A stretch of DNA of 64,000 nucleotides. It comes from an uncultured Verrucomicrobiae bacterium. GTDB lineage: Bacteria > Verrucomicrobiota > Verrucomicrobiia > Chthoniobacterales > JAFAMB01. The number at the start of each line of letters is the position of its first letter. The stretch's first letter is position 1. The DNA lies in contig CAWJVG010000018.1 in NCBI GenBank assembly GCA_963846195.1, forward strand, positions 42,189 to 106,188, in the 5' to 3' direction. A program made the translations under genes and the position numbers. Below the pieces are notes generated by a model. The model searched no databases. It saw only the letters and a list, made by a program, of their open reading frames with translations, and was not told where the DNA came from. Positions 30,217 to 40,373 of this stretch are shown here, piece after piece.

Positions 30217-30990
30217 ATGAGCTCATTGCCGGCTATGACCAATGTCTACGAGAGCGAGCTCCTGGTAGATCAGTATCTGCTGTTCCATTACGGAACGGCG
30301 GAGGATCAACTGCCCTACCGGACCGGACCGCGGGATGCGCTGTTTTACCCGGTTCGTTGCGTGAGCGATTTCCTGCCGGCCATCGGCTTCGTCGAGCGGG
30401 CCTTGGATTTGGGTTGTGCGGTCGGACGGTCGACATTCGAACTGTCGCGTTGGGCGCTAAAAGTCATCGGGATTGATTTGTCTTATCGCTTCATTGCTGC
30501 GGCGAACCGTATGCGGGAGATGGGACGAATCGAGATCAGGCGATTGGAAGAGGGCGAACTGGTAACTCAACTCACCGCAGAATTGCCGGCCGATCTGATC
30601 CGTGAGCGATGCCGATTCGAGATTGGCGATGCGACTGAATTGCCGTCAGAAATCGGCCAGTTCGACGTCGTCTTGGCAGCGAATCTGATTGATCGGGTCA
30701 AATCACCGCGAAACTTGCTTGGCTCGTTTCCAGCGCTGGTCCGTCCGGGCGGGCATCTGATTCTTTCTTCTCCTTATACCTGGTTAGAGGAGTTTACACC
30801 GAAATCCGATTGGCTCGGAGGAAGGTACGGTCCCGCAGGCGCCGCGACGTTGACGCTCGACGGGATAAAGGAGTCTCTGCTCGGCGCTTTCGAGCTTCGA
30901 GTAACAAAGGACCTGCCGTTTCTGATCCGTGAGCACGCACGGAAATTTCAGTGGAGTGTCGCGCAAGCGACGGTCTGGAAAAAGCGATAG
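30217..30990 (+). CDS. SAM methyltransferase resembling the OvoA C-terminal (mercaptohistidine N-methyltransferase) domain
   Basis: YES..QYLLFHYG, ALDLGCAVGR, ANLIDR, SPYTWLEEFTP..WLGG, PFLIREHARKFQ. Confidence 0.8.
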   Translation: MSSLPAMTNVYESELLVDQYLLFHYGTAEDQLPYRTGPRDALFYPVRCVSDFLPAIGFVERALDLGCAVGRSTFELSRWALKVIGIDLSYRFIAAANRMREMGRIEIRRLEEGELVTQLTAELPADLIRERCRFEIGDATELPSEIGQFDVVLAANLIDRVKSPRNLLGSFPALVRPGGHLILSSPYTWLEEFTPKSDWLGGRYGPAGAATLTLDGIKESLLGAFELRVTKDLPFLIREHARKFQWSVAQATVWKKR

Positions 30991-31032
30991 GTCCTTTTCC
31001 GTCTAAACTGCGCGGTTCCAGTGTCCTGTCCC

Positions 31033-31692
31033 TTACTGCACGGGCGTTGGAAGCGGCGCGGCGGGTGAGAGCGGCGCGGCAGGTGAGGGCTGCGCGGCAG
31101 GTGAGGGCCGCGCGGCAGGTGGGCGCTGCGGAGGAGCAACTGCCCGTTCGCCGGTCGGACTCAACTGGGTCACCAGGCGTATCTTGTCATAGCCGACGAC
31201 CGTTGTCTCGAGTGTGTAAGTCCGGCCGGCCACCATATCACGAGTCGAAACGTTTCCCACAAATTCCGCTCGCTCGAATGGATTGATAATGACGTACCCC
31301 GGCGTCTGGTTGACTGGTTGGTCGTCAGACCATTGTGCGAGTTTCTTTCCGTTCGGATCTCGAAGAATGAAATCGTATTTTCGGCTGTCGTTGAACAACA
31401 GATTGATCGGTTTTCTAGTTCGATTGATTAGTTGAAGGTGAACCTCCAGCGCTCGCGTGTCGGCGAGTCGAATCACCTCCGGGTTAATTCTTACCCGCAT
31501 CTCCAGTCCGTAGTAGACCGGCCCGGTAATTGGACCAAAGGGATTGTTCTTGTCCACTTTCGCAATGGAAGTCTGAGACTCTTTCTTTTTACCGTTCCCC
31601 ATGAAAGGAACCCATCGGTAGACACCGCTCGAAGAGGAACAGCCTGCGAGTGCGACCATGGCAACGACACAGACCGTAACACGAAAATTCAT
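31033..31692 (-). CDS. lipoprotein with BsuPI-like proteinase-inhibitor domain and Pro/Ala repeat tail
   Basis: LAGC lipobox; LINRTRKPINLLFNDSRKYDFIL..WSDDQ; 18-bp coding repeats at 31053-31130. Confidence 0.75.
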   Translation of the reverse strand: MNFRVTVCVVAMVALAGCSSSSGVYRWVPFMGNGKKKESQTSIAKVDKNNPFGPITGPVYYGLEMRVRINPEVIRLADTRALEVHLQLINRTRKPINLLFNDSRKYDFILRDPNGKKLAQWSDDQPVNQTPGYVIINPFERAEFVGNVSTRDMVAGRTYTLETTVVGYDKIRLVTQLSPTGERAVAPPQRPPAARPSPAAQPSPAAPLSPAAPLPTPVQ

Positions 31693-31737
31693 GTTGTCCG
31701 TTTAACGGATGACGCCTTGTGTTGCAAACCCTAACCG

Positions 31738-32808
31738 ATGCCAGCAGAATCGTTTATGCGTCACGGCATCGTTCGGGTTGTCTTCAAGGGCGTGGTCAGA
31801 TTGGCCGTCGCGACGTTTATTCAATTCGGATTTTCTGCGAGTGCGCAGCCGGTCAACACCGTTTTGCCAACGGAAAATCGCGCGTTGCTGAACGGGGACA
31901 ACGCCGCCTTCTATCAGTATATCAAACGTGATTTCGAGGGAGTGCTCAGCACACCATGGGAGGGCGGGCAGTACGGGTTCGTTCGGAATCCTCGAAGATT
32001 CGGTGCGACCGTTCTGAACACCCGGTTTCACGAAGGGATCGACATTCGCCCGCTTCAACGCGACACGAACGGAGAACCTCTGGACGCGATTCACGCGATC
32101 TCGGCCGGTACGGTGGTTTACATGAATAATGTGCCGTCCTACTCGAATTACGGCCGGTACATCGTGATTGAACACCAGTTCGGAGGTTGCCCGTACTTCA
32201 GCCTGTATGCGCATCTGAGCGCGATCCACATTGCGATCGGGGACCGGGTCTCGCAGGGCAGTGATATCGCCGTCATGGGACATACGGGCGAGGGCATAGA
32301 CCGGGAACGCTCGCACGTTCACCTTGAATTGAACATCCTCTTAAATGCCGACTTTGACAGATGGTCCAAAAAATATTTAAATGGAGACGTTAATCGCCAC
32401 GGCAATTTCAACGGCCAGAACCTGGATGGAATCGATATCGCCCGGCTTTATCTCGAGTTGTCTAGAAATCCGCAAAAGACGATTCCGGAATTCCTGCAAG
32501 AAGAAACAACCTGGTACCGCGTCCTAGTGCCCGCTTCGCCGCGAATGGACCTGCTCCAGCGATATCCCTGGTTATCCGAGGGCCGGACGGAGGCGAAAAC
32601 TTGGGAAATCTCATTTAACCATGCTGGCATTCCGCTTCATTTCGAGCCCAGAACGCAGATCGTCGAGAAGCCGGTTCTAACCTGGGTCAAGTTTTCACCC
32701 TACCCTTACGCACTTCAGACACGAGGCTATATCGAAGGAATCGGACCGAACTATAAACTGAGCAAAGAAGGAGAACGTTACCTGGATCTTATCAGTCCGG
32801 CAGCCTGA
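31738..32808 (+). CDS. M23 family metallopeptidase (start uncertain)
   Basis: HEGID, YAHL, HVHLE. Confidence 0.9.
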   Translation: MPAESFMRHGIVRVVFKGVVRLAVATFIQFGFSASAQPVNTVLPTENRALLNGDNAAFYQYIKRDFEGVLSTPWEGGQYGFVRNPRRFGATVLNTRFHEGIDIRPLQRDTNGEPLDAIHAISAGTVVYMNNVPSYSNYGRYIVIEHQFGGCPYFSLYAHLSAIHIAIGDRVSQGSDIAVMGHTGEGIDRERSHVHLELNILLNADFDRWSKKYLNGDVNRHGNFNGQNLDGIDIARLYLELSRNPQKTIPEFLQEETTWYRVLVPASPRMDLLQRYPWLSEGRTEAKTWEISFNHAGIPLHFEPRTQIVEKPVLTWVKFSPYPYALQTRGYIEGIGPNYKLSKEGERYLDLISPAA

Positions 32809-32826
32809 ATGGATCTACAACGCTCA

Positions 32827-33237
32827 ATGAGCGAAGAAAATATCATCTTCTTCGACGGGGTGTGCGGTTTGTGCAACGGAACGGTCGATTTCGTTATTCG
32901 GGAAGACCGCGCACGATCTTTCCTCTTCTCCCCTTTGCAAGGCGAAACGTTCCGAAGCATCGCGCGGGACCATCCCGAGACGCTGAATTCCGATGCCATT
33001 GTTGTTCTCAGACGCGATTCGGAGAAGGAGGTATTGCTTCAGAGAAGTGAAGCGGTTCTTTACATTCTCGACAAACTGCCAGGATACCGTTGGGTAGCGT
33101 GGATCGGGTTTAGATTTCCCGCGCGGATCCGCGACGCTCTGTATCGGGCGATAGCCGCAACGCGGTACCGCATCTGGGGTAAACGCGACTCTTGTCGGCT
33201 GCCCGCTCCCGAAGAGAGAACGAGATTTTTACCGTGA
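32827..33237 (+). CDS. DCC1-like thiol-disulfide oxidoreductase
   Basis: FFDGVCGLC, RDALYRAIAATRYRIWG..C. Confidence 0.9.
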   Translation: MSEENIIFFDGVCGLCNGTVDFVIREDRARSFLFSPLQGETFRSIARDHPETLNSDAIVVLRRDSEKEVLLQRSEAVLYILDKLPGYRWVAWIGFRFPARIRDALYRAIAATRYRIWGKRDSCRLPAPEERTRFLP

Positions 33238-33242
33238 GCTTC

Positions 33243-34052
33243 ATGGACCAACATAAGCAATGCGTCCCGCTTCGCCCTCTTTCCGAGAAGAAACAAAGCG
33301 GGACGCTTTGCCTACACTTGCTTTGCGGATTGCTCGCGCTCCTTCCGTTGTTTTCCCGCGCGGAAGATCGGGTGAACCCGTCGGTTATCCAGATGATCAT
33401 CGGGATTGCGCCAACCTGGGATAGTATGCACGGGCGCCTCCAGCGATTCAATAAAACCGCGGAAGGCTGGCGTGCGGCCGGTCCACCGGTTCCGGTCCTC
33501 TTTGGCAAATCTGGAATAGCCTGGGGGCGAGGTCTGATCAACGGGCAAGGGCCGCCAATGAAGTTAGAAAAGGATCATCGTGCTCCGGCCGGCGTTTTCC
33601 GGATTGGAATGATTTACACCTATGACCGCTCGTTGCCGCCAGGGGCCGACTATCCATTCCACACGGTCGGAAATGGTGATGCCTGGGTGGATGACGTTCA
33701 CGATCCTCATTATAACCAGCATGTCAGCGTGGACGCGAATAATCCCCCTCCCTGGTTCGAAAAGCAAAAGATGCGGCGCGGTGACTTTGCTTATCGCTGG
33801 CTTGTCGAAATCCGGCACAATGCCGACCCGCCAGTGCCGGGCTACGGAAGCGCAATCTTTTTTCACATTCGGCGAGGGCCGAACCGCCCTTCGGCCGGAT
33901 GCACCACGATGGCCGAAGAGGATCTGGTGGATTTGATCCGTTGGCTGCGAACAAGCGCGAATCCAGTCTATGTCTGCCTTCCCCGGTCCGAATACTATGA
34001 TCGCTGGAAGATCTGGGGATTGCCGGACCCCGCTGCCACCGGCCTGTTCTGA
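33243..34052 (+). CDS. L,D-transpeptidase family protein (start approximate)
   Basis: RAPAGVF, WVDD..YN, GSAIFFH..SAGC. Confidence 0.85.
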   Translation: MDQHKQCVPLRPLSEKKQSGTLCLHLLCGLLALLPLFSRAEDRVNPSVIQMIIGIAPTWDSMHGRLQRFNKTAEGWRAAGPPVPVLFGKSGIAWGRGLINGQGPPMKLEKDHRAPAGVFRIGMIYTYDRSLPPGADYPFHTVGNGDAWVDDVHDPHYNQHVSVDANNPPPWFEKQKMRRGDFAYRWLVEIRHNADPPVPGYGSAIFFHIRRGPNRPSAGCTTMAEEDLVDLIRWLRTSANPVYVCLPRSEYYDRWKIWGLPDPAATGLF

Positions 34053-34247
34053 TTTTGTCGGAGGCCTTGGTCGCCTAATGCAGCGTCTCGGAAAAGAGCC
34101 GAGTCAAAGCCCCTCAAACGGGCCGCAGAAAATAATCCGTTCAGGTTATGGCAATCATGGCGGAGTGAGATACACTGCCGGATCGCGCAGCGGCTGCCGA
34201 CTAAATTTGGGGATGCCGGCGCAGGCCGAACGTACTTTTTTGCACCA

Positions 34248-34625
34248 ATGATCATACCTGAAATTTTAGAATATCTTGAGGAGGCCGATTTGGAGGATTG
34301 GCTGACAGCAGCTTTTATCGAAAATGAAAGTCAACTTCCGCTCGACGACCTATGCACCAAGGGTGGATTCCGTTCCGCCGGCCGCATTCCAGATATCTGG
34401 ATGGTGGAACTCACGGACCGGACAGGGAAGCTCTGGAACGGCAGATTCAATGTCGAGTTTACCGAGGAACGGAGAAACGGACTTGAAGCGCCGCCAAGCA
34501 TCGAGCGCCAGACGGGAGAACTTTTGTTCACACTCGACACAGAAACCGCGGAGGTGACATTCAAAGCCGATCTCCCGGCGTCCTTTCGGGACCAGGATCC
34601 CGATGCCGATGTTCTTCTCTCCTGA
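34248..34625 (+). CDS. hypothetical acidic protein
   Basis: ATG-started 125-aa ORF in an otherwise empty gap. Confidence 0.6.
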   Translation: MIIPEILEYLEEADLEDWLTAAFIENESQLPLDDLCTKGGFRSAGRIPDIWMVELTDRTGKLWNGRFNVEFTEERRNGLEAPPSIERQTGELLFTLDTETAEVTFKADLPASFRDQDPDADVLLS

Positions 34626-34664
34626 ATTCGGCCCCGGCACTGCTTGACCTATGCTACGCTGCGC

Positions 34665-34792
34665 CGTCGCCGTGGATTAATGGCCTGAACACTCTCCCTT
34701 GGAAACGGCGCTGCCCAGCGGCCAATAGTCGCAGATCAGCCGCGCGAACCGCAATCCACGGAACTGTCAGCCAATGGGAAGACATGGCGACG
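34665..34792 (+). ncRNA. candidate 6S RNA
   Basis: Rod-like fold by eye: CGTCGCCGTG/CATGGCGACG closing stem, TGGCCTGA/TCAGCCA, central bubble, apical GCTG/CAGC and GCGGC/GTCGC; extended -10 TGCTACGCT just upstream. Confidence 0.45.
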
Positions 34793-34811
34793 CCAGTCCG
34801 GCGTGCTTAAA

Positions 34812-34845
34812 AACTGACAGCTGACGACTGACAACTGACAACTGG
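34812..34845. repeat. heptamer tandem repeat (ACTGACA-like)
   Basis: AACTGAC AGCTGAC GACTGAC AACTGAC AACTG. Confidence 0.8.
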
Positions 34846-35046
34846 GGATCCGGCAGGATGACCTTGAGACATCGCTCGACGCTCGAAAAACGTCAGACTT
34901 AATTCCGCCTGTTCTTCGTGAGGCGGCCGGGACGCTCACTAAGGAAGCCTTCACTCGGTCTTGCAGAAATGACGCGATGAACGAATTGGCGACACGGAAC
35001 GTGAATTCCATTTGAGGAACTTGGACGAGACATCCAATTTAAAGGG

Positions 35047-35865
35047 ATGCCTAACAAATGGAAGAGCTCACTGGTATTGGTAGGCCATGGCTCCACCGTG
35101 AATCCTGATTCGAGCGTGCCCACCTTTCAGCATGCGGACGAGATTGTTCGCCGCAGACTCTTTGCCGAAGTCTATTGCGGCTTTTGGAAAGAGGAACCGA
35201 GCCTTCGAGAGATTCTGCGCATGGTGGAGGGCGATGATATTTACGTCGTACCGAACTTTATTAGCGAAGGTTACTTCACCGAGATAGTCATTCCGCGAGA
35301 ACTTGAACTTGCTGGACCAGTCACCCGTCGAGCAGGGAAGATTATTAAATATTGCGAACCGGTCGGAAACGATCCGCGCATGGTCGACCTGTTGCTTCGC
35401 CGGGCGTGCCAAGTGGCGCCGAACGTTCCACCTGAACAGACAAGTCTTTTGATTGTTGGTCATGGCACCAGCCTCAACGAAAAATCCGCGGAAGCGGCCC
35501 AGTTCCAGGCCAGGGTAATCAGGGAAAAAGGGCTGTATGCTGAGGTTTCAGAAGCATACATGGAGGAAGCTCCATTTATCGCGGACTGGCGTAGAAACAC
35601 CTCTCAATCACATGTCATCGTCGTACCATTTTTTATCGCCGACGGGTTGCACAGCTACCAGGATATCCCTGTACTACTAGGCATCGAGACGGCCCCGACG
35701 GGTGCTGCCAGCCAGCAGGAGGTTTTCCGTCGAAATCCATATCAACTGGACGGCCGGACACTTTACTACGCAAGGGCCATTGGTACGGAACCGCTGATGG
35801 CGGACGTTATTCTCGACACGATCGACCGCTTTGACCGGAAACATCCGTACGATTCAGCCGCATGA
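35047..35865 (+). CDS. CbiX/SirB-type sirohydrochlorin chelatase
   Basis: Two CbiX domains: LVGHGS, VGHGT, VPFFIADGLH. Confidence 0.88.
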   Translation: MPNKWKSSLVLVGHGSTVNPDSSVPTFQHADEIVRRRLFAEVYCGFWKEEPSLREILRMVEGDDIYVVPNFISEGYFTEIVIPRELELAGPVTRRAGKIIKYCEPVGNDPRMVDLLLRRACQVAPNVPPEQTSLLIVGHGTSLNEKSAEAAQFQARVIREKGLYAEVSEAYMEEAPFIADWRRNTSQSHVIVVPFFIADGLHSYQDIPVLLGIETAPTGAASQQEVFRRNPYQLDGRTLYYARAIGTEPLMADVILDTIDRFDRKHPYDSAA

Positions 35866-36518
35866 TCAGGGACGAACTAGCACGTTTGATCAAGGACGGT
35901 TTTAGCGCGCTCGGAGAACTCGAGTTTGCAGAATCTTCCGACGGATACCTTCTATACCATTCAGCCGACAGAAATTCTCTGATCGACGCGCGGGTGTACC
36001 ACTCGGTCGAGGACGCCCGCCAAATTGCAAAATACGATTCTTCCGGTGCTTACCGGCCATTGAAAGGGGCTCCCAACTTGCAGAGAGGTTGGCTCATTCA
36101 GTTAACAAATCTCGACGACCTGAAAAGGGCTCTTGATTTCTTTTACCCGGGTGCCATCAGCACCTGGGTGGCCCACCTGGCCGGAACAGCACATCCCGTC
36201 TGTTTGCGGCGAACTTTAAATCGGCAAACGGGAATGTATAGAGTGACCCGTAAGCTGACCGTTGAGCAGGCGCAGAATTTAGTGAAGGAAGATTGCCGTT
36301 CAGACGGCCGATGCCTGAGAACCATTTTGTGGGGAATCGAGGAAAATCAGCCGCCCGATTTCCTTCCCGCTGCGAAGACTGATCCCACCGTAGACCAAAC
36401 CGGCCAAAGACGTGCAGCGCTCCCTTTCCTGTGTATGGAGGCCTGCAATCTGCTAGTGGCGGCGGCGAGAACCACGATGAAGAAGTCGCCCCATGCCATG
36501 TCCCGGAAAGGGCATTAA
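35862..36518 (+). CDS. DR2241-like protein, putative Fe-S
   Basis: YRPLKGAPNL..GW, FYPGA, RQTGMY, C..CL..W, CMEAC; ATGA overlap with the chelatase. Confidence 0.72.
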   Translation: MIRDELARLIKDGFSALGELEFAESSDGYLLYHSADRNSLIDARVYHSVEDARQIAKYDSSGAYRPLKGAPNLQRGWLIQLTNLDDLKRALDFFYPGAISTWVAHLAGTAHPVCLRRTLNRQTGMYRVTRKLTVEQAQNLVKEDCRSDGRCLRTILWGIEENQPPDFLPAAKTDPTVDQTGQRRAALPFLCMEACNLLVAAARTTMKKSPHAMSRKGH

Positions 36519-37742
36519 ATGACCGCCTTTCGATGCCGGACGCTCGTGACGATGGCTGGTACGCCGATCGATAATGGTGCGTTTGTGGTCGACGAGGGGC
36601 GTTTCGTGCGGACCGGCAGCGCTCCTGAAGTTCTGATGGGGCAATATGGGGAAGTCGTGGATCTGGGTGAAGTCGCGGTGATGCCGGGATTAATTAATGC
36701 ACATTGTCACCTTGATTACACACTGATGCGCGGAGCGATTCTGCCCGCGAAAAGTTTTTCACGTTGGGTCAAACGAATCAACGCCCTTAAGCGATCGCTC
36801 ACCGATAGTGATTACTTACGCGCAACACAGCTCGGCTTTGAAGAGCTCCGAAGGTACGGCGTCACAACCGTTCTCGATATTGTTTCTACCCCCCAAATCT
36901 TTCCACTGCTTCCCCGGCCTCCGATCCGGGCCTGGTTCTTTCTGGAGCTCATCGACGTGCGTCCCAGACCCTGGATTGAAGAACATGTTTTTGGATCCTG
37001 GCTATTCTTTTCCGGAAACGGCGATCGTCTCGGTGGGCTTGGGCTGAGCCCGCACGCTCCCTATACCGCATCTGCGAAGATGTATGAGGTCGCGCTCGAA
37101 TGTTCTCACTCCCTGAACCTGCTCATCACAACGCATGTAGCCGAGTCGACAGAGGAATATGCCATGTTCGCCGAAAGCTCGGGAGAACTTCACGATTTTC
37201 TCAAGCAACTCGGCCGGCCGATGACCGATTGCGGATCGACTTCTCCGTTGCGGCACCTGATTGAAAACGGATTGATTGACCGCCACTGTATAGTGGCACA
37301 TCTCAATGAGCTGGATGATCGTGATCTTGAGATCCTGAGCCTGACCGAATGGCGAAACCTGAACATCGTTCACTGCCCAAAGAGCCACCGCTTCCTGCAC
37401 CAAAAGCGCTTCCCTCTCGAAGCGCTGAAGGAACGCGGCCTGAATGTCTGTCTCGGCACGGACAGCCTGGCCAGTAACGACTCGCTCAACCTTTTTTCGG
37501 AGATCCGCACGGCAAAAAACATTTATCCCACCTTGAGCGCACAAGAATTGATCGAAATGGTTACGATCCGACCGGCACGCGCTCTAAAGCTCGAACGTGA
37601 GCTGGGCAGGATCGCCCCAGGCTACCTTGCAGACGCCATCGCCATTCCCTTTAAAGGCCCCGCCGGCGATGTGAACGAAGCGTTGATTCACCACAGAGCA
37701 CCGATCAAATGGATGATGGTAAATGGACAAATCTTGAAATGA
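36519..37742 (+). CDS. amidohydrolase/deaminase (aminodeoxyfutalosine deaminase-like)
   Basis: PGLINAHCHLD, SPHAPY, HVAES, GTDSLASN. Confidence 0.85.
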   Translation: MTAFRCRTLVTMAGTPIDNGAFVVDEGRFVRTGSAPEVLMGQYGEVVDLGEVAVMPGLINAHCHLDYTLMRGAILPAKSFSRWVKRINALKRSLTDSDYLRATQLGFEELRRYGVTTVLDIVSTPQIFPLLPRPPIRAWFFLELIDVRPRPWIEEHVFGSWLFFSGNGDRLGGLGLSPHAPYTASAKMYEVALECSHSLNLLITTHVAESTEEYAMFAESSGELHDFLKQLGRPMTDCGSTSPLRHLIENGLIDRHCIVAHLNELDDRDLEILSLTEWRNLNIVHCPKSHRFLHQKRFPLEALKERGLNVCLGTDSLASNDSLNLFSEIRTAKNIYPTLSAQELIEMVTIRPARALKLERELGRIAPGYLADAIAIPFKGPAGDVNEALIHHRAPIKWMMVNGQILK

Positions 37743-38668
37743 GATCGTCGATCACCATGCTAGTTTGCCTATTCCTGTTTGCGGCATCGGCACCCTGCGG
37801 GCCCTCGAAAGGAGGAGACACTCCTCCGGCCGAAACGTCAGCCGGAGAAAAAGAGCCGACTGTCGTCGCCGAAAGCGCCGCAGTGATCGATTCGTTTACC
37901 GGCGAGTTTCTCTACCTCAAGAACGAAAACGCAATTCAATATCCGGCGAGCTCGACAAAAATATTAACCGCTTTGCTGGTGATTGAGGCGGGGGACCTCG
38001 ACAAGCTGGTCACTGTTGATCTATCCGACACCAAGGTCGAACCGACCAAACTGGAGCTGCAACCGGGAGAACAGTACACCCGCCGCCAACTTATTTATGG
38101 CCTGATGCTAAAAAGCGCCAATGACGTCGCAATGACGCTGGCTCGCGACAACTCCGGTTCAGTTGAAGCATTTGCCGAAAAGATGACCCGACGAGCGGCA
38201 GAACTTGGGGCAACAAACAGCCATTTTACGAATCCCAATGGGCTGCACGACCTCAGCCACTACACCACAGCACGTGACCTGGCACTCATCGCGCGAGCTG
38301 CTATGGAGCAACCATTCTTTCGACAGGTCGTCAGTACCATTTACTACACCTGGAAGTCGCCGAAAGGTGTTGTCTACCAGCTTCGAAATCATAATCGCCT
38401 GCTTCGGCACTTCGCCGGGTGTAACGGACTCAAGACTGGTTACACGCACGCAGCCCAGCAGGTCCTGGTAAGTTCCGCTCTCCGGGAGGGGCACGAAGTC
38501 ATCTCCGTTGTATTGCACACCGACAAACCTGGGATCTGGGAAGACAGCAAAGCACTGCTGACCTTCGGCCTGATCAAGGTTGGCTGCCCTCCGGAAGTCA
38601 TCGCCAACGGTGCTGAACGCGCTTCCGACAAGGAAGATGTCTCAGGTGAAGGCGACGAAACACACTAA
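37739..38668 (+). CDS. D-alanyl-D-alanine carboxypeptidase (S11)
   Basis: PASSTK, SAN, NPNGL, KTGYT. Confidence 0.93.
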   Translation: MRSSITMLVCLFLFAASAPCGPSKGGDTPPAETSAGEKEPTVVAESAAVIDSFTGEFLYLKNENAIQYPASSTKILTALLVIEAGDLDKLVTVDLSDTKVEPTKLELQPGEQYTRRQLIYGLMLKSANDVAMTLARDNSGSVEAFAEKMTRRAAELGATNSHFTNPNGLHDLSHYTTARDLALIARAAMEQPFFRQVVSTIYYTWKSPKGVVYQLRNHNRLLRHFAGCNGLKTGYTHAAQQVLVSSALREGHEVISVVLHTDKPGIWEDSKALLTFGLIKVGCPPEVIANGAERASDKEDVSGEGDETH

Positions 38669-38779
38669 GCCGTTTAGCGAAGGCAGTACCGGCTTCCCAA
38701 CCTGTAGTCAGTCCGCACCGCAGCGATGCCTTCGAGACAAATCGGAAGGACATGGCAAGCAATTCTCTGGGAATAAATG

Positions 38780-38800
38780 AGAAATTTCTATTAAATTTCT
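38780..38800. promoter_or_regulatory. AT-rich inverted repeat, possible regulator site
   Basis: AGAAATTT-N5-AAATTTCT upstream of the NtrC-type gene. Confidence 0.35.
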
Positions 38801-38853
38801 GGTAATTGTTAAATAATCACTATAATTTTACACAATGCTCATATCAATTCCCT

Positions 38854-40224
38854 ATGGCCCGCATTTTTATCATTGATGACGAACCCGCTTCGGCTGAGTG
38901 GGTCTCCGTTCTTTGCCGAGATCGCGGACACCAGCCTTTTCTATACGATTCGTCCCAGGCCGCTCTGGGTGCCTTGCCCAGTATCGCTCCCCAACTCGTA
39001 ATCGCCGATCTGAAACCCGAGAAATCCGACGGATTCGATGTTCTACGCGAGTGCAGGGAAAACCATCCGACCACCGTCGTGTTGATGCTAGCGGCTTTCG
39101 GCTCCGTTGAGCTCGCCCTGAATGCCATGCAATTGGGGGCATTTAGTTATGTCACAAAACCTTTCAAAGGCGACGAACTGCAGTTCTCCATTCAGCGAGC
39201 CCTGGATCATCAGGCAGCGCTCCGCCGAAACGATGTCCTCAGGCGCGGCGGCATTGACCAGTTCAAGTTTGAAAATCTCATCGGCACCAGCGCTAAAATG
39301 CAGTCGATTTATCGGCTGATCGGGAAAGTTGCCGAAACGGAAAGTCCAATCCTGATCCAGGGCGAGTGCGGAACCGGAAAGGAATTGGTTGCCCGAGCGC
39401 TTCATTTCAACAGCCCGCGGCAGCATCATCCGTTCGTCACCATCAATTGCAGCGCGCTTCCGGATAACCTGCTCGAGTCGGAGTTGTTCGGTCACAAGAA
39501 GGGCTCTTTTGCAGGCGCGGTCATGGACAAAGTCGGCTTGTACGAAGAAGGCAACAACGGGACCCTCTTCCTGGATGAGATCGATTCGATGTCCCAACCG
39601 CTTCAGACCAAACTTCTGCGGGTGCTGCAAGAGCGTCAAATACGGCAGGTCGGTGATACGAGGCAAATCCCGGTCAACGTCCGACCGATCGCCGCTTCCA
39701 ATGAATCGCTGAAAGCGAAAACGCGGAATGGCGGATTTCGTGAAGATCTCTACTTTCGACTGGCGGTTATTCCAATCGAAGTTCCACCGCTTCGCGACCG
39801 CATGGAGGACGTTCCGCTGCTGGTTCGTTCTTTTTTACAGAAACTCGCCGATCAAACGGGGGCTGAGCAGAAAAAGATGGATGCCAGCGCCATGGAACGG
39901 CTGGTGGGATACTCCTGGCCCGGAAATGTGCGTGAACTCGAAAATGCAATCGAGCGAGCATGCGCGCTGAGTGATGGAGGGGTGATTCGAGCCTCGGATC
40001 TACCGCCTCATATGCTCCATGAATCTGGAGGGGTTGAGAGGACGCAGGACTCCGAATGGAGAGTTGGCCAACAGCTCGACGACTTTGTCCGGAACCAGGA
40101 GCGAAAGTACATCGAAATGACGCTCAAGTTCAACGAAGGCTCGCGCGAAAGGACAGCCAGCATGCTTGGGATCAGCATTGCGACCCTTTACCGGAAACTC
40201 GATTTAAAACATCACCGAGAATAA
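38854..40224 (+). CDS. NtrC-family response regulator (REC-AAA+-Fis HTH) with GSFAGA loop
   Basis: IIDDE, GECGTGKE, ESELFG, LFLDEID, FREDLYFRL, WPGNVRELEN, LGISIATLYRKL. Confidence 0.93.
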   Translation: MARIFIIDDEPASAEWVSVLCRDRGHQPFLYDSSQAALGALPSIAPQLVIADLKPEKSDGFDVLRECRENHPTTVVLMLAAFGSVELALNAMQLGAFSYVTKPFKGDELQFSIQRALDHQAALRRNDVLRRGGIDQFKFENLIGTSAKMQSIYRLIGKVAETESPILIQGECGTGKELVARALHFNSPRQHHPFVTINCSALPDNLLESELFGHKKGSFAGAVMDKVGLYEEGNNGTLFLDEIDSMSQPLQTKLLRVLQERQIRQVGDTRQIPVNVRPIAASNESLKAKTRNGGFREDLYFRLAVIPIEVPPLRDRMEDVPLLVRSFLQKLADQTGAEQKKMDASAMERLVGYSWPGNVRELENAIERACALSDGGVIRASDLPPHMLHESGGVERTQDSEWRVGQQLDDFVRNQERKYIEMTLKFNEGSRERTASMLGISIATLYRKLDLKHHRE

Positions 40225-40373
40225 GGGAACAGAAGCTCAGGGTTTGCGCCTAAGCGAGTGTCCTGAGAGAGCTTACGCCGGGACGCTACGCCCTCTATTC
40301 CTCTATTCTGCTCTCTTGCAGTTCGCGCGCTGCTCTTCTAGAGTCTGTATTCGACAATAGAATAAAACTCCGT

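Noticed and set aside
31053..31130. 18-bp repeats as a CRISPR array
   Set aside because: Tandem with no spacers, coding for a Pro/Ala tail; no cas genes.
34760..34806. Cobalamin riboswitch upstream of cbiX
   Set aside because: ACTGT and GGGAAG-like words are present, but I cannot find the B12 box or core junction.
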